From Zygnema circumcarinatum SAG 698-1b (taxonomy: Eukaryota; Plantae; Zygnematophyceae), in the NCBI GenBank assembly GCA_037447605.1, contig CM074813.1:2046001-2110000 (forward strand): a stretch of DNA of 64,000 bases. The letters are read 5' to 3'. The position numbers were made by a program, and so were the translations under genes. Shown here in pieces: positions 39,701 to 53,409 of the stretch (the stretch's first letter is position 1; every line of letters begins with the position of its first letter). The notes below the pieces were generated by a model, which saw nothing but the letters and a program-made list of their open reading frames with translations, searched no databases and had not been told where the DNA came from.

Positions 39701-39916
39701 TGCTTCTAGCTGCTGCTGATCCACCATAACATTCTCCCCTGCGATACCTTCAGCTTGTTCGGCTACAACCTCGTCCTGCTGCACCTCCGGAGCAGCAGCC
39801 GCCGCTCCCTCGTCCATGGCGGAAGCGTCTAGTACAGGAGCTTCACTTGTCACATCGGTCCCATCCTGCTGCTCCTCCAGCGTGATCACCGGACCATCCA
39901 CTGCCATATCCGCCAT
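33702..39916 (-). CDS. PRP39: Pre-mRNA processing factor 39 (U1 snRNP, HAT repeats), multi-exon
   Basis: [83 protein letters not shown]/G/A/P-rich C-terminal exons ending ..SYYPQQ*. Confidence 0.95.
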
Positions 39917-41253
39917 CACTTGCTCCTTCGCAGAGTCCCCTGCTCCTCGCCCGATTCTGCTCCTCAGAGATGAGGAAGCCTTGGTGAAGAGATCGAGCTT
40001 GACAAGGCTCCAGGAGCGGCAGCCCTCCCTCTCTGAAGCTCTCTCGGCTTCAACCCTGCGGCTGCAGAGAGTGGCAGCGAGGGAGAGGGAGTGGAGGGCT
40101 TCAGCCCTTCAACGGGAAAGCTCGGAAAGGTTTCAAGCCTGCCCGGCATCCACGTAAGTACAAAAATACCGTATGGTATCGTATCATATCGTTTCGATTG
40201 TATTGCCGATACGCTAGCGCTGGCTCGTACCGTACAAAACGTACGCATGTGTGGGTCCACACTCACACGTGTTTGTCCTCAGGGAGGCCAATGTCACCGT
40301 GCCAGCCCACGCACCTCTCCATATAATAAAAAGGATTTCTAATAGCCGGGTAAAGGCAGGTGCCTCGCCTATGTCGTAGTACAGAGGAGCAGTCAGACGG
40401 GGAGGGTGCAGCATGAAGAAGCTGTCCGTACTCGAGCTAGAAGGACAGGCCTAGGATAGATAGTGGCAGCCGTCCGTGTTGTGTAATTTGAATGCGACCC
40501 CCATCCACCTCTGTACGAAACACCGTCACATGGTGTTTGTTTGCTCGACGGCAACGCAATAAACTAACAAGGGTTCACGACTTCAGTTCGTCGACTTCCC
40601 TGTTTGAATTCAAGCACACATAATAGCACGCGGATATGCCAGTGAGGCAGTGCATCCTTTCTATACCATAAACAAACTGGAAATGGAAACCCAAATACAA
40701 AAAGTAGACCCTGCCTTCCACCATCAGTTTGAGCCACTTGACCTCTAAATAACGACACTACTTAAGCCTGGATCCCATCTCAACCACGAGCTCATTCCAT
40801 TCCGTGGATGCATGAATGGCATAGGCCCCACAAAACAACCACAAAGCGAACAATTAACAAGTCTCCCCTTTCACCACCTCAATTTTTTTGCTCATCATTC
40901 AACGATGCAACTGCACATAGCTACAGACGTGTCAAATACTCTTAAACATCAGCTTTTTTAACTTATTGTTTTGGTGGAAAATGGACAAACAAGCGACACT
41001 AAGCGATTAATTTTTTGACAGGATCTACAAAGAAGAACATCTCCATGCCCGCAGTCTGCACTGCGGCTCCTACACAAATCTGTTAACTGATCTCCACATG
41101 TAAACGCTGTCCAATCTCGTACTCTCTACCTACTCCTCACCTCTACTCCGGCAGCGCAGCTCGAGTTGAGCCCTTCGCCACCACTTTATTGCATCCTCTC
41201 ACCCTTCGAACATTTACAACTTTTTTAAAAACAAATAAAGAATTAAATATTCG

Positions 41254-44200
41254 TCAAACCTTTGTGCAATAGGCTGCCACTAGAGTGATCACTGTTCCGA
41301 GAACTACAAGGAACCGCCGGATTTGAACGATGTGGGTCTGTGAGAACCTCCCTGCCATGGAGGAAGCACACTCTCTAAGCGCTAAGGACAAACCCGCGAA
41401 CAAGGGTAACATTTGCCTACTGCTAAACTCCGCACCACCCACCACCTTTTTCCTTTTTGCTTCTTTTCCCTCCTTTTCGCCCCTGTTCACACTCTCGGAG
41501 AGGGGCTCCGTGCTTCCCAGGCTGATGGGGCTCCAAGCGCTCGACCCGCCTCCCATTGGTCCGTTTGATCGCACTCGAAATCGATAACTCTGACCTGGCT
41601 GCAGGCCCCTTGCTTCGAACCTGCCGCGCAACTCGATCTTAGAGAAAAATTAACAAATTATTATTTTTAAAGTTCTTCTCCTTTTCTTCCCTTCCCATTT
41701 CCCTTCCCCCCCCTTTTCCCTTTCTCATTTTTAAGGTTTCGGTCCTCTAGCTTCTTAAATTTAAGGTTTTCTGACTCGCTTCTCCAGATTCAAGCATTGA
41801 TCCTAAGAACTGACTATACAATCGTACCTATACAACAGGATGCCGAAAGCTAACATAAAAAACACAAAACCGAAAACTCTCCAAAACAATGCCCCTGAAA
41901 CTCACCGTGTTTCCGTCCCCTCATAGATCGCCGCGAACTGTCCTTCTGCACCCCCCCTCTCCTCCATCTCCAATGTGTATGAGACTGTGGGAGCACATCC
42001 CTCATATCTGCTGCTTAGTTCTGCCTCCGAGCTGCTGCTATTGCTCGATGTCTCCGAATCTCCCTCTCCATCAGAGGAAAACCTTTGGACCAATACCGAG
42101 CCTCCGATCTTATTACTCGTACTCCGAACGGAGCCTCCTGATTGGTCCTCCTTGTTGCCAGGTGTCCAGCGCAGAGAAATTGCCACTTTGGTTGCAGACA
42201 GGATTTCGGGAGCTGAGGGGGTGACAGGTGGCGCAAGGGGAAGAGTTATGGCTGCCACGTCACTTGGGGGGCTGCAGCCCTGACTATTCACAGCCTGCAA
42301 TTGAACGCACATTTAGAGTGGGGTTCGTTCAGTATCATTCTAGCAACATATCTGAATGTTTGGAAGTTATTAGGGTTGGCAGGATCGCTAGCATTCCCAG
42401 GATAAGTAGGTTTTGAGCGTTGTTGAATGCGACAGGATTTAGGGTCAGCGAGCAGAACCTGCGTGCAGTTGCAAGATTAAAAAAATGGGTTTTAAGAGTT
42501 CTGATGTCTTTGGAGTTCTTAAAAATTTCGAAAATGAGGCGTGCACCTGCACTCTGAATCGATATGTGCGTGCAGGAACGAGCCGAGTTACTTTGAAAGT
42601 CGTTGCTCCTCCCTCGTAGACCTGCAATGACGAGGGAAAACGTTTGTTCTAACTTAAGGTAAATGGGTGGAGGGAGACCGACAAGTGCATACCATGATGT
42701 TCAACCAGGTTGTAGATTTTAGGTTTCACTTCCAAAAAAAGCGAGCTTGTAAGCCAAAGGACAAGACTGACCTTGCGGAAGCTGCCTCCTTTTCCGTCAT
42801 CCATACTCAACTTATAACTGTCACATGCGACAAAAAACCCCGCTTAAGGAACCTACTGAGAGTGTTCTGTCCGACCAGTTCTGCAACACATTTAAAAAGA
42901 TTTAAAGCCTGCGGTTCACAGCTTGCCTAGTTGCAAGTTCTTAAAAAAATCGAGATTCCAAAATATACAGTCTGCACTTCAAATAAACTCCTGCTCCTCA
43001 CATCCAAGGTCAAATGCCCCAAAGTTTTTTATTTCACAACTCTTTCGATGAAGTGCTTGAAAAGTCCATCAAACCCTATTCTAGGTTTCTTTCATCCTCA
43101 GCTTTCAGCACCTCAACATCAAAACATTAGAATTTTGTGGCTTCTCTGCTCCCGATGACCTTCGCTTTCCTCCTCCCCTTTCCTTACCTGCTAACCGGAG
43201 CTCCGTTGTTTCCATGTGGGGAATTCCACTTAATTCTAACGGAAGTGGGTCCCGCATTAGAGTGCTGCGGAGCTCGGGGAGCTTCCGGCGGAGCGGCTTC
43301 CATGGCTACCGTTGTAACGGGACTGCATGGAGACTCTCCGATAGCATTCCGTGTCAAGACTCGAAAGGAGTACCGCTTTCCGCTCTCCAGCCCTGCCGCA
43401 CGGTACCTATTTTCCAATTCCCCGCATCCTCTCCCACTTTAGTTGTCAGACAGAGATTTTCTCTCACATATACAGCACAGCGTCTTGCGCTAAGAAGAAG
43501 CCCAAATAGGAACAAGCTACTCGAGCTTCAGCTTTGTAGAAGTTATTGATAGTTCAGGCTTTCTTGATATATGCGTTTATAAAGGGTGAAAAACATGTCA
43601 TCTAGCAATTCCAGGCTTTTCAGACTTTTCAACATTTTCAGGCCTGACAACTTCCTTGCCCTGCAACGTTTTCAGAAAAAATAGACTTCTTTAGGATTTT
43701 CATTCCCTTCAAACTTTTCTGCATATCACGCCCATTTCCAACCAATGTGGAGGTATTTTCATTCTATATAGTCTTCACCACGACACCAAACCTCCAAATT
43801 TATAGGGTTTCCTGACATTCCTCACTGCTTTTAGAGTTTCAGGTCTCAATTTCGAAGGTAGTGAATATACTCGAGAGCGATGCCGCAGTAGATCTCCTCC
43901 CACTTCTCCGGACTTCCCAGCCTCCCTCCCACATTCACTCCTGAAGCCACCATAAGATTCCCCATACTCACACTCCGAGAGGAGCCCTTCCTCCTCCTCC
44001 CAAGCTTTCCCACACTGCCCCCCTTATCTTCATAGAGGTGGCCGGCGGGGCTGAAGCTGCCCAGACTGCTTATGCTGCTGCTGCTGCTGCTCTCCTTTAG
44101 GGATTTGCTGCTGCCCGAAATAAAATTTTCATCGCAGAAAACGAGGCTCTGTGTGCGGCCGTTCCGTAAGCCCGGGCACGCATCATACATGATGTTGGCG

Positions 44201-47200
44201 CCATCTGAGCACATCATCTGAAGGCTGAATGATGTCACAGGCGCGCCGTTATCACGATTTGGAGCCTGTGAGTGAGAGAAGAACAGATTTCAAACAGTTT
44301 AGACTTAGAATCTACAGTATGTTAGAGTTTCGGATTCAGATTTGAGGGTTATAGCAGCAGCGAGTGAGACTTCGTAGGGGCTACTTCGGTTCTTCACACT
44401 CTCACACTTTCAGAGTTTTGAATGGTTCGAGGAAATGTTAAGGATACTGGGCTGTTGGAAAGAGTTTCTGGCAACTCTGAAAGGGAACTTCAGGACTAAG
44501 TCTATAGGCTGCTAAGATTTCAGGGGTTTGAAAGACGTTTCTGAAGCTTCAGAATAGTAGAATGCTTGTAACATTCAGCGTTTTGGAAATTCCTGAGGAC
44601 TTTAGCAGTTTAAAAGTGCTGAGTTAGAGTTATAGGTTTAACAATTGTATAATCCAAGCTTTGTGCTGACCTCCCACTGCACTGCCACCTCTGTCCCCGA
44701 GATGTGAAGCACGCTTGGGGCTCCGGGAGGCCATGGAACACCTGCCGCAGTAGTTAATAGAGAGAGAGTACTCATTGGCCCAGTACCCACTCTGTTCAAA
44801 GCCTGCACCCCTCTCCTCCCCCACTCAGGAATTAGGTAGGGATTAGACGGAGTTTAACGGAGTTAGCAATTCGAAGGAGCAGAACTTGAGCTTCGTCAGA
44901 CGGTTGTACCTGCACCCGAAACGCGTATGTAGTGTACGGCTGCAGTCGCGTCACGGTGTGCGCCAAAGCAGGCCCATGGTACACATCCTGAAATTCGAAC
45001 CCTAAAGCGCTGCTGTACTGGCTACTTGTGTCGCTGACAGCATCAGTCCACGTGTCACATCCTCCCATTACAGGAAGGCTTCCGCCGTCCAAGTCAGCAT
45101 CCCCTTCACTGGTGTTCCCTGAAACCTCGGAGCCATGGCCATGGCCATGGCTGACCCGCTCCTTCATGCTGAGAGGGAGCAGACCGCTTTCTCTACTTCG
45201 TCTACGGAGGTCCCAAAGAGCAGCAGGAGAGGGGCCACCTCCACTCAAACTCCGTGCAGGAGAACGGAGGAACGGTCCGTCAAAGTTTGGTGAGCTTCTA
45301 TGCGGCGGCGTTCTGTAGAACGGACTGCCCTCCGCTCCGCCTTCCGGCCCGTCCAATAGCCGCAAAGGACTGCTGTCACCCCCTCCCTGCAGAGGATACC
45401 CCACTCCCTCCACTTCATTCATTCTGCGGCACCCATATCCCACATTCAACATTTGCAGCCGATATCCAAGAATTGGTGCTCCATTTGATTCCGGCGCATT
45501 CCACCTGTGTGCACCAAAACAGCACGCCAATGTCAAATTGAGTTGCTTGAGTCTTTGCTATGTTTTACCCACAACAGCCTTCTTGACCTGAGGCCCACTC
45601 CACCTCCTTCCTCACACTCTCTCGCTCCCTCTACCACTCCCTCTTGTTCTCCCTTCTCCCTGCTCCCTTCTCTTCAGTCGGGCTCTTATCTGAGTGCAAA
45701 TGTACGCCGATTAAAGCCAAGAACAGCATATAGCTACCGTCTTCAGGCAGGAACATGTTTGGAGGGAGCCACTGGACCATCGCTCTCTCTGTTTCACCTA
45801 AGAGGGATGGTAGTTGCGGTACACGAGAAGGCTGGCATAGGAGCGTCGGGAGCTGCCGGGGGAGCAATCTGAGTTACAAACGTTTCTACAGCTGCGGCCA
45901 TGCAGAGAAGTCTCAATGCTTCGTTAGAATTTTGGGGGATTAGGGCTAATATGGCTCAAATGAGGATGAGGATTAAATAAAGAGAGAGTGGGAGAAGGGA
46001 GGAGGGATTGGGGGAGACAGGAGGAGGGGCAGGGAGAGGGAGAGGGAGAGGGAGAGATTGAGAGCAGAGAGCGTTGTTGGGAAGAAGAGGCGTTCAAGTG
46101 ATTGAACTTACAGCTCCAAAGGCTCGCACCAAGCATGTTCCCTGCCTGCAGACGGAAACTATACGCTGTATTTGGCTTTAATCCGTCAACAGTTGCACTC
46201 AATTCCGGGCCCGAATAGACACACATGGAGCCCCTGCCTGAGCCTCTCTCAGCCATGAAGTCCTCATCCGTTCTCAGCTCTGACCGCTGCATCTGCAATT
46301 CCATGCAATGCAGGACCAGTTCAGTTTTCTGATCTCTGCACCTGATGGCTTTAGAGATGTAAAAAATGACTTTAGTGATTCGTTTGCAACCCCGTTTGGT
46401 GCCCAAGTAGTGCACTCCAAACGTTGACATACGAAACGTAAAGACCTTCACGTTCCTGAGGAGTAAGGCACTCATAGACATAGAAGCTGGGGAGAAAAAA
46501 TGCTGACCTCAAGGCGGTATTTTGTGATGGGCGCCCCCCCGTTATGTGCAGGAGGGCTCCAACATAATGTGAGTGATGTGCGCATACGCTCAAGCAGAGC
46601 TGGGGGTGGAGGAGCATCCGGGATGGATGCTGCAGTGGTGAACATAGCTGCCAAACAGACCCATTTACCCCCTCCCCCTCTCAAAACTACACGCAGTGCC
46701 AAACAAGTAGATCACCATCACAAATGAGCTTACTTGAACAAGATTTGGAGCCCCAGAAAGAAGAAACTTAAGAAGCAAAAGATCTTTGAGAGAGTTCAGT
46801 TGAAGTTTAACACCGCTATTCATTTGAACAACCAAACAATCCCTTTCGCCATGTTCGACATGTTTTTGCTCTCTAGTATAGGAAACACAGAGAACTTCCT
46901 TTTTCCAAAAACCTCAAACGATGGCGCGCCCACTGACCTTCTCCTGAATGGCCGCTTACTCCCATCGCATTCCGTGCCTGCACACGGATCCAGTATTGAT
47001 GCCCTGCATGGAACAAAAACAATACAAAAAGACAAGACAAGACAAGGCTTGTCCAGAATTAAAGCTTGCAACTTGCAACTTGCAACTTGCAACTTGCAAC
47101 TTGCAACTTGCAATCTCGCAGGTTACCAGGACCTGATCAAAGCCTCTACCTTCACTCTCTCTGATTCTCACCTGGTCGCAGGCCCCCCAAAGAGCAGACA

Positions 47201-49795
47201 GTTGCCGGTCCCTCATACGCCACTTGCCACATGTCACTGTCTGATTTGCCCGCCTTGCTCTGCTTCACCTCCAGCTGATACCTGCAACACAGGACACCAC
47301 CATTCCATATCTCGATTGATAGCATGTAAGCAGATGAAAACGGAGATAGTCCACAGAACCACAAAGAACGCCCACTTCGCGACGAATCGAAACATGTCCT
47401 TGCAACTGAAGCCAAACTAAAACTTAAAAATAAATAGAGGACAAAGGGACAAGCATGAATCTATACTCTCGCAAAAGTAAAACTTCTATTTGGGAGTGTA
47501 AGTTTATTTAAATATTTTATTACTCATGGAGCAGGTTTCGTACCCAAGCACTGGGCTCCCTCCATTATCTGAGGGCTCCCTCCATACTACAGCTGCGCTG
47601 AAGGGCTGGAGAGCGGCAACAGCTGGCGGAGTGGGCGGCTGGGGAGGGGCTATTCCTGTACAGATTTCGGAAGCAGTACTTGGCAGACTACTCCCAACAT
47701 CATTCTGTGCTATCACTCGAAAGCGGTACGTGGTACCGCTTCTGAGTCCCCGCACTTCACAGCTGCACCAGCCGATGGCGGAAGCGTTCATGAATAGTTG
47801 AAATGCACAAACCCTTCATAAGCTTCCTCTCCCTTCGTATTCTTCCCGTACTCTCCCACTTTCCTCTCCTTCGCTCACTCTCTCGTCCTCTCAAATAGGA
47901 GAAATTCCATCAATGCGCAGAAACCATGGACATAAGAATGCTCTATATCTCCTCTCCCTCTTTCCCCCCTATCCTCTCTCTCTCTCATACACACACAACG
48001 ACACACACACACCCCAATAATGCCACAAAGAATTCATGAGTATATGGAGTAATCTGCGTAGGAGTGCCTTCACTCAGGCCCTCCCCCTTCTGCTTCTCCC
48101 TCTCATGGTCTCTTACTATTCAATACAAAAACACAGAAAACAAGCACCAATGCCAGAAGACCTTCCGCCTACCTCCTGTCTTCACCACTGTAGACAGGGC
48201 TGAAGGATCCCATCCCTCCTGGAGGCACATAGTAACAGCCGACCCAATCCAATGTTAGCACCAATCTGGGGGGACGATATCGCCAAAAACTCCCCATTTT
48301 TTAAACAGAAAATCAGCTTACCAGTAGGAGGATAGTCAGCCACTCACCCTGATCGATCTCCAATGTGTAGCGCGTTACTGGGGACCCACAGCACAGGGGC
48401 TCCTGCACACCCAAGTCATAGCTCAGCATATTACGGAGGTGGGGAAGGGGACGAAGCTGGGGAAGGGTAGTCAGGAGAGAGAAAAGAACGAGAACGGGCC
48501 AGCGGAGAGAGAAGAGGGAAAGCGAGGAAGGGGAGGGGGAAAACAAGTTGATAGAACGAAGAAAAAGAAGGTAAACGAAGTAGATGGCGAAGACTGGGAT
48601 AGCTGGAAAGAGAAGAAAGCCAGCGATGGGGAGAGAGAGAGAGAGGCGATGGGGAGAGAGAGAGAGAGGCGATGGGGAGAGAGAGAGAGAGGCAAAGGCA
48701 CGGACCTGCCACTCTACGGTGACTGAGTTCAATGTGGTAGAGGTAGGTGTGGGTGCTGCTGGAGTGGCAGGTACGGATGGCGCTGTCCAGATGGCTGCTG
48801 GAGGGCTGTACTCGCTTGCGCCGATAAAGTTCACCGCCTGTCGGGAAGCAGGGAAAACGTAGATATGACCACAAAAAGGACGAAATGATTTCCAGGAAAA
48901 ATCATGATAACAATATAACCGGTCCAACTCCTTCCAAGAAGGTCAGAGTTTGATTATTTTCGCTTCCGAGGATGAAGTTTTCATCCTCGGAAACACAAGC
49001 AGAGAGAAGGTGGGCTAGGAGAGGTTGAACCTTACCCTAACTCTGCACAAGTACTGCACTCCGGGCTGTAATCGTGACAACTTCGCCTGCGGCTCCTCTC
49101 CCTTATAAACTTGCACGTACGCCTGCAAAATCAAAAGAATTCCTATAAAATCTGCTCAGGGACCAAAAAATCATCATTATAGTACTTGTATATGGAAAAT
49201 CGCCACCAAGCACGTCGCTCATTATCATAAGAAAAAGGGAGGAAGCGTGAGATGAACGAGGGGCATGAAGAAAGTCCAAGACGGGCTCCTACCTGCGAAC
49301 GTGGATCACCATCCGCCTTCGGGGATCGCGGACAAATTTCCAAACAGAACTCCGTAATTGACATCCCTCCATTGTCAGGGGAGGGCACCCACTTCACCTG
49401 TCAAATTTCCAATACAGATTACTGTGAAATAGAGATCACAAGTAGGATATTTAAACATTGGAACACATTCTGCGAAAGAAAAGCGTGAATCATGCGTGGT
49501 GCAGCAACTAGTTTGATCAAATGATGCTCCAGTGCTGGATTCCACTACCTCTCTTCAAATTTCACCTCTCTCCACAGTGCTTGCTTCCCGGCATTACTCC
49601 CTCTCATTTCCAGCAGGCCTATCACTTCTCTCCTTTCCCGCCTCTCAACTAATCCCGCCTGCCGCTCTCTCACATCCCTCCATTTCCTCTCCTACTCTCG
49701 TCGCTGAGCTGCTCATTTTGCACCCTCCCCATTCTTGGTTATCATCCTCTCCATCCCTCACTGTTGTCTCTGTGAACCATGCCCTCTCCCTCCCC

Positions 49796-49834
<39 letters not shown>

Positions 49835-51230
49835 NNNNNNNNNNCCCCCCCCCCCCCCCCCCTCCCACTCCCTCCCTCCCAAGTTGACCCCTACCTTGAG
49901 CGAGTTCCTGGCGCGATTTACGAGCACAGGTGCAGATGGCGGTTCAGGGACGGATGGCAGCGTGGCAAAGGCGGTGGGAACAGAAGGGGGTGGGGGGAGG
50001 GTGGGCAGAGGGGTTGCCGGTGATGGAACCACTCTTAGGCGGAATAGATACCTCCGCCCTGGGCGCAAATTTTCAAGCTGTAAATGCCAACCCCAAAAAA
50101 AAGTTTGTAAACTCCTACCAGAATTGCTGCTGCAAGCAATGAACCCAATTTTTACACAATTAATTCACCTTATAGTTCCGCTCTTTCCCGCAGTATACCG
50201 GCGCCCATTCCGGCCAATCAGACGATGTCTCCTTGCCAATCTCTGCCAATTCTGCGGGCTTTGAATAGCTACCCTTCCGTACATTCATAAGGAGAGGAGC
50301 CCCCGCTTTAGTCCCCTTCTGCTTAAATGCTCCCCTAAATTCCGACTTTTCCGGAGCCATCTCCAAGTAATAGCAGGCACAGTGAGGAGTTTCTGCCCAC
50401 TCTAAAGAGATGCTATGCTGATCTGCAGATGCTAGAGTGGGAGGGGAAGGCTGGGGCACTCTCGGCCACCTCTCTCGCTCTCTCTCCCCTTCTCCTAACA
50501 AGGGCGTCCGGGGTGGCCAGCTGCCCTCCAGCGCCTTCTGCCGAGACCAGGTAGGGTTGCCCTTCATGTTCCCAGTGCCACCTGGAAGCCCAGGGCTGCT
50601 GATCTCCGGACTCCCAGAGTCACGACTATGGTTCCCGTCGCTACCATCTCCTGCCACTCCTTCTCCTACTCGTACCCCCCCCCCCCTTTGGTCAGCTCGA
50701 GGGTCCACCCAGCTCCCTTCCCACCCTGAGGATCCATAGCTCCCGGGAACTGGAACTGCTCCTTTCAACAGTCCACCCCTTGCGACGGCATCCATGGATT
50801 CGTTAGATCCTTCAATATGCAAGACCGTTGGTATCCGGATCAAGCCCCCTTTCCCGTTTGACGGAACAGCGCAACTGTCGCAACTGCTGCTGCTGTTGCT
50901 GCTCGGAACTCCATTGTAGCCATTTATACAGTTACCGTTAAAGTTCCCATTTTCCTCGTCCATGCTGCTGTTGCTGTTGCTCCTATCCATGGCAGCCCTT
51001 TCGCAGATCCCTCCATGCTCCGGCTCCTCTTCCTGACTTCCTCCCTTATCTATGCCTGCCACGCTCTGAGTGTCACCTTCACTGGAGTTTCGCAGCGCCG
51101 GGATGTCGAGGAGTACAGGCGTCATCTTTCCATTAAGCGAAATTGAGGCGGCCTCTGCAGCTGTGCTTGCCGCTGCAGGCGACGGTCTTCCGTCCCGGCT
51201 TTCAGCTTCTGCACTGCTCCCGCTCTCCAT
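41254..51230 (-). CDS. Nine-FN3-repeat protein with C-terminal hydrophobic anchor (FNDC3-like architecture), about 20 exons
   Basis: Spliced exons give nine repeats of P..P..p....W..P..NG..I..Y.LE...VY.G......L.PG..Y.FRV.A.N..G.S; low-complexity N-terminus (50160-51230); terminal FLVVLGTVITLVAAYC segment. The last exon edge is uncertain. Confidence 0.8.
45678..45775 (+). repeat. Inverted copy of part of an FN3 exon (partner 46116-46214) inside an intron of the same gene
   Basis: By-hand alignment gives about 77 of 99 identical with one 1-nt gap; translates SGSYLSANVRRLKPRTAYSYRLQAG versus SGPELSATVDGLKPNTAYSFRLQAG. Confidence 0.85.
47063..47111. repeat. (AACTTGC)n heptamer repeat, intronic
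   Basis: About 7 tandem units. Confidence 0.9.
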
Positions 51231-52482
51231 GGAGTAGCAGCTGGCAGAGCCCCTGCCTGCATTTCTCTCTATCTCTCTCTCTCTCTCGCCCTCCCTCTCC
51301 CTTCTCTATCTCTCGTCTAAATATCTAAGTCTCACTGCGATCGCTTGTGTGTGTTATTTTCCCTGTTCCCCCGCAATAACCCTTAGTCCCTTCCGTGAAT
51401 CTCTCGTTCTCTCCCTCTTCCACACTTTTCCTCCTCAGAAAACCACCTTTACCTCCTCCCTCCTCCCTCTCCCTCCTCCCGTCCTTACCTCCTTCCCTCG
51501 CTCCCGCTCCCCTCCGTCGTCCTGCCCTCCCTCCCTCCCACCCCTCCCCTCCCCTCCCCTCCTTCCCCGCTCTCAGCGGTGCCGCTATGGCTGTGGTGCC
51601 CTCCCTCCCTCCACCTGCGCCCTAATCTCCGAGTCATGAGCTCTCCCGCCATGCCCGGTCCCGTAAGCCGCCGTACGATCGTACGAACCGTACCGTAGTC
51701 CCTCCCTCCCTCGCCCGCCTGGGGCTCAAACGCGTGGTCGCGTGAGCCTGGCGCGTGCCCACCGACACCGTCACATTTGCTCACATGTTGGTTTACAATT
51801 ATTACGGAACTGAGGAAAAACTGGTTTCGCATGGAACGAGAGCGTGCGGTTTGTCGTGCTGCGGATGCGCTCGGCGTCCCGGGGAAATTAAACAGAGGAA
51901 TTAAGGACAGCGGAAACTTCTTCATTATTGGTCGGTTAAGCATTTTTCATGCCCCGCTTGCGCCTAAAATGGCTGTCATTGGGCGATGCTGCCGCCGGAG
52001 AAAGGTCGGGAAAATTCAAGCCGGAAATTCAACGAACGAAAATGAAAATTTGGAGCCTATGAAACGTCCATACAACATGTCCCGTTCTGTTGACACGCCC
52101 AGGGGGGCTCCACACTTGCTCTGGAATTCGAGGTCGCTCACTATCTATTCTGTCCTCAGACAGTATCAAACCGTAGTATATCCGTACTCTGCAAATTCCG
52201 ATTCTCCACGGAAAGCTGTACCGTAAGTCCGTAACCCCTCAACCGGTACCGTACTTGAGTCAGTGGGACCTCCCCCAGTCAATTATTTTGTCGTTTTGGC
52301 GTTTTTCGATGTCCACTCGTTTCCCTGCACGCGCCCGCCACGCCGCCTGGCATTTGACCCCCCCGCCGCCGTACGGCACCGTGCGGCCCAAGCGTGCCAC
52401 TGACTTTCGGGGGGGCGCGCCAAGCAGGCACAGCCGCCTCCCTCCCTCCCGTACGGTACGCGCGGCCGGGGGGGCGGGCGGT

Positions 52483-52531
<49 letters not shown>

Positions 52532-53409
52532 CGCGCCCTCTCCTCCCCTCGCAATCGGACGGTCGAAAGCAACCGCCAACAGGTGGCAATCGCATTTCCA
52601 GTCCGATCGATGCCTACAAATTATTAGACCACAACAGAAGGGAAGTGGCGCACACGCTGGCTGGCACGCGGTTACGGCTCCTCGTCCTCGCTGGCCCCGC
52701 CCGCCCGCCGGAGGGAGGGAGGGTCCGGAGAGAGCGGGGGAGGGGGGCCACGTTGGGGCCGGCGGGCCGAGCGCCGGCTCAAAACCACCGTCCGTACAGA
52801 TCGACCGACCGACAGATCGCCGCGCGCAGCACTAGGCGCTGTCAGACTTCAGCAACGTCCGTACCACTCATCGCGAAATTTTCGCCACCTTTCGAGTCAA
52901 CGTCTGTCAAACTTGAGCTGGCGTTCGACGGTTGTGTTTGGGAATGTTACACAAACACAAACTCTGTCGCCGTCCAATGGTTGCGACAACAAGCAGTGGT
53001 TGATTGGGATGGAATGGGTTTTAAAACAATTGGACTTTTAAAACTTTGTTTTAGGACGTTTTGAAACCGTTTTAAAACTCGGGACAAAAAAGTACTGTAG
53101 TAAAACAGTTTTTGATCGGTACGATAGACGGTACGGCCAGTGGAAGTGGCGAGTAGGGTCGGTATTGGCCAGAATCGAACCACTTCTCTGCGACTGGAGC
53201 GAGTCTACTAAAACTCGACCTTCGGCCATGGCTTCCACAACCTTCCGTTCTGTTGTACCAAATACAACATGTCACATCACAGTACATTACGCCATGCGTC
53301 ATGTGTGGCGCATGGTCCTCCAACTCCTAGAGCCTAACGTACTTGGCAACTAGGAGGGTTTGTGCAACAGGACAGGTAAATATTAGGAATTACCTATGTA
53401 CCATCCATA

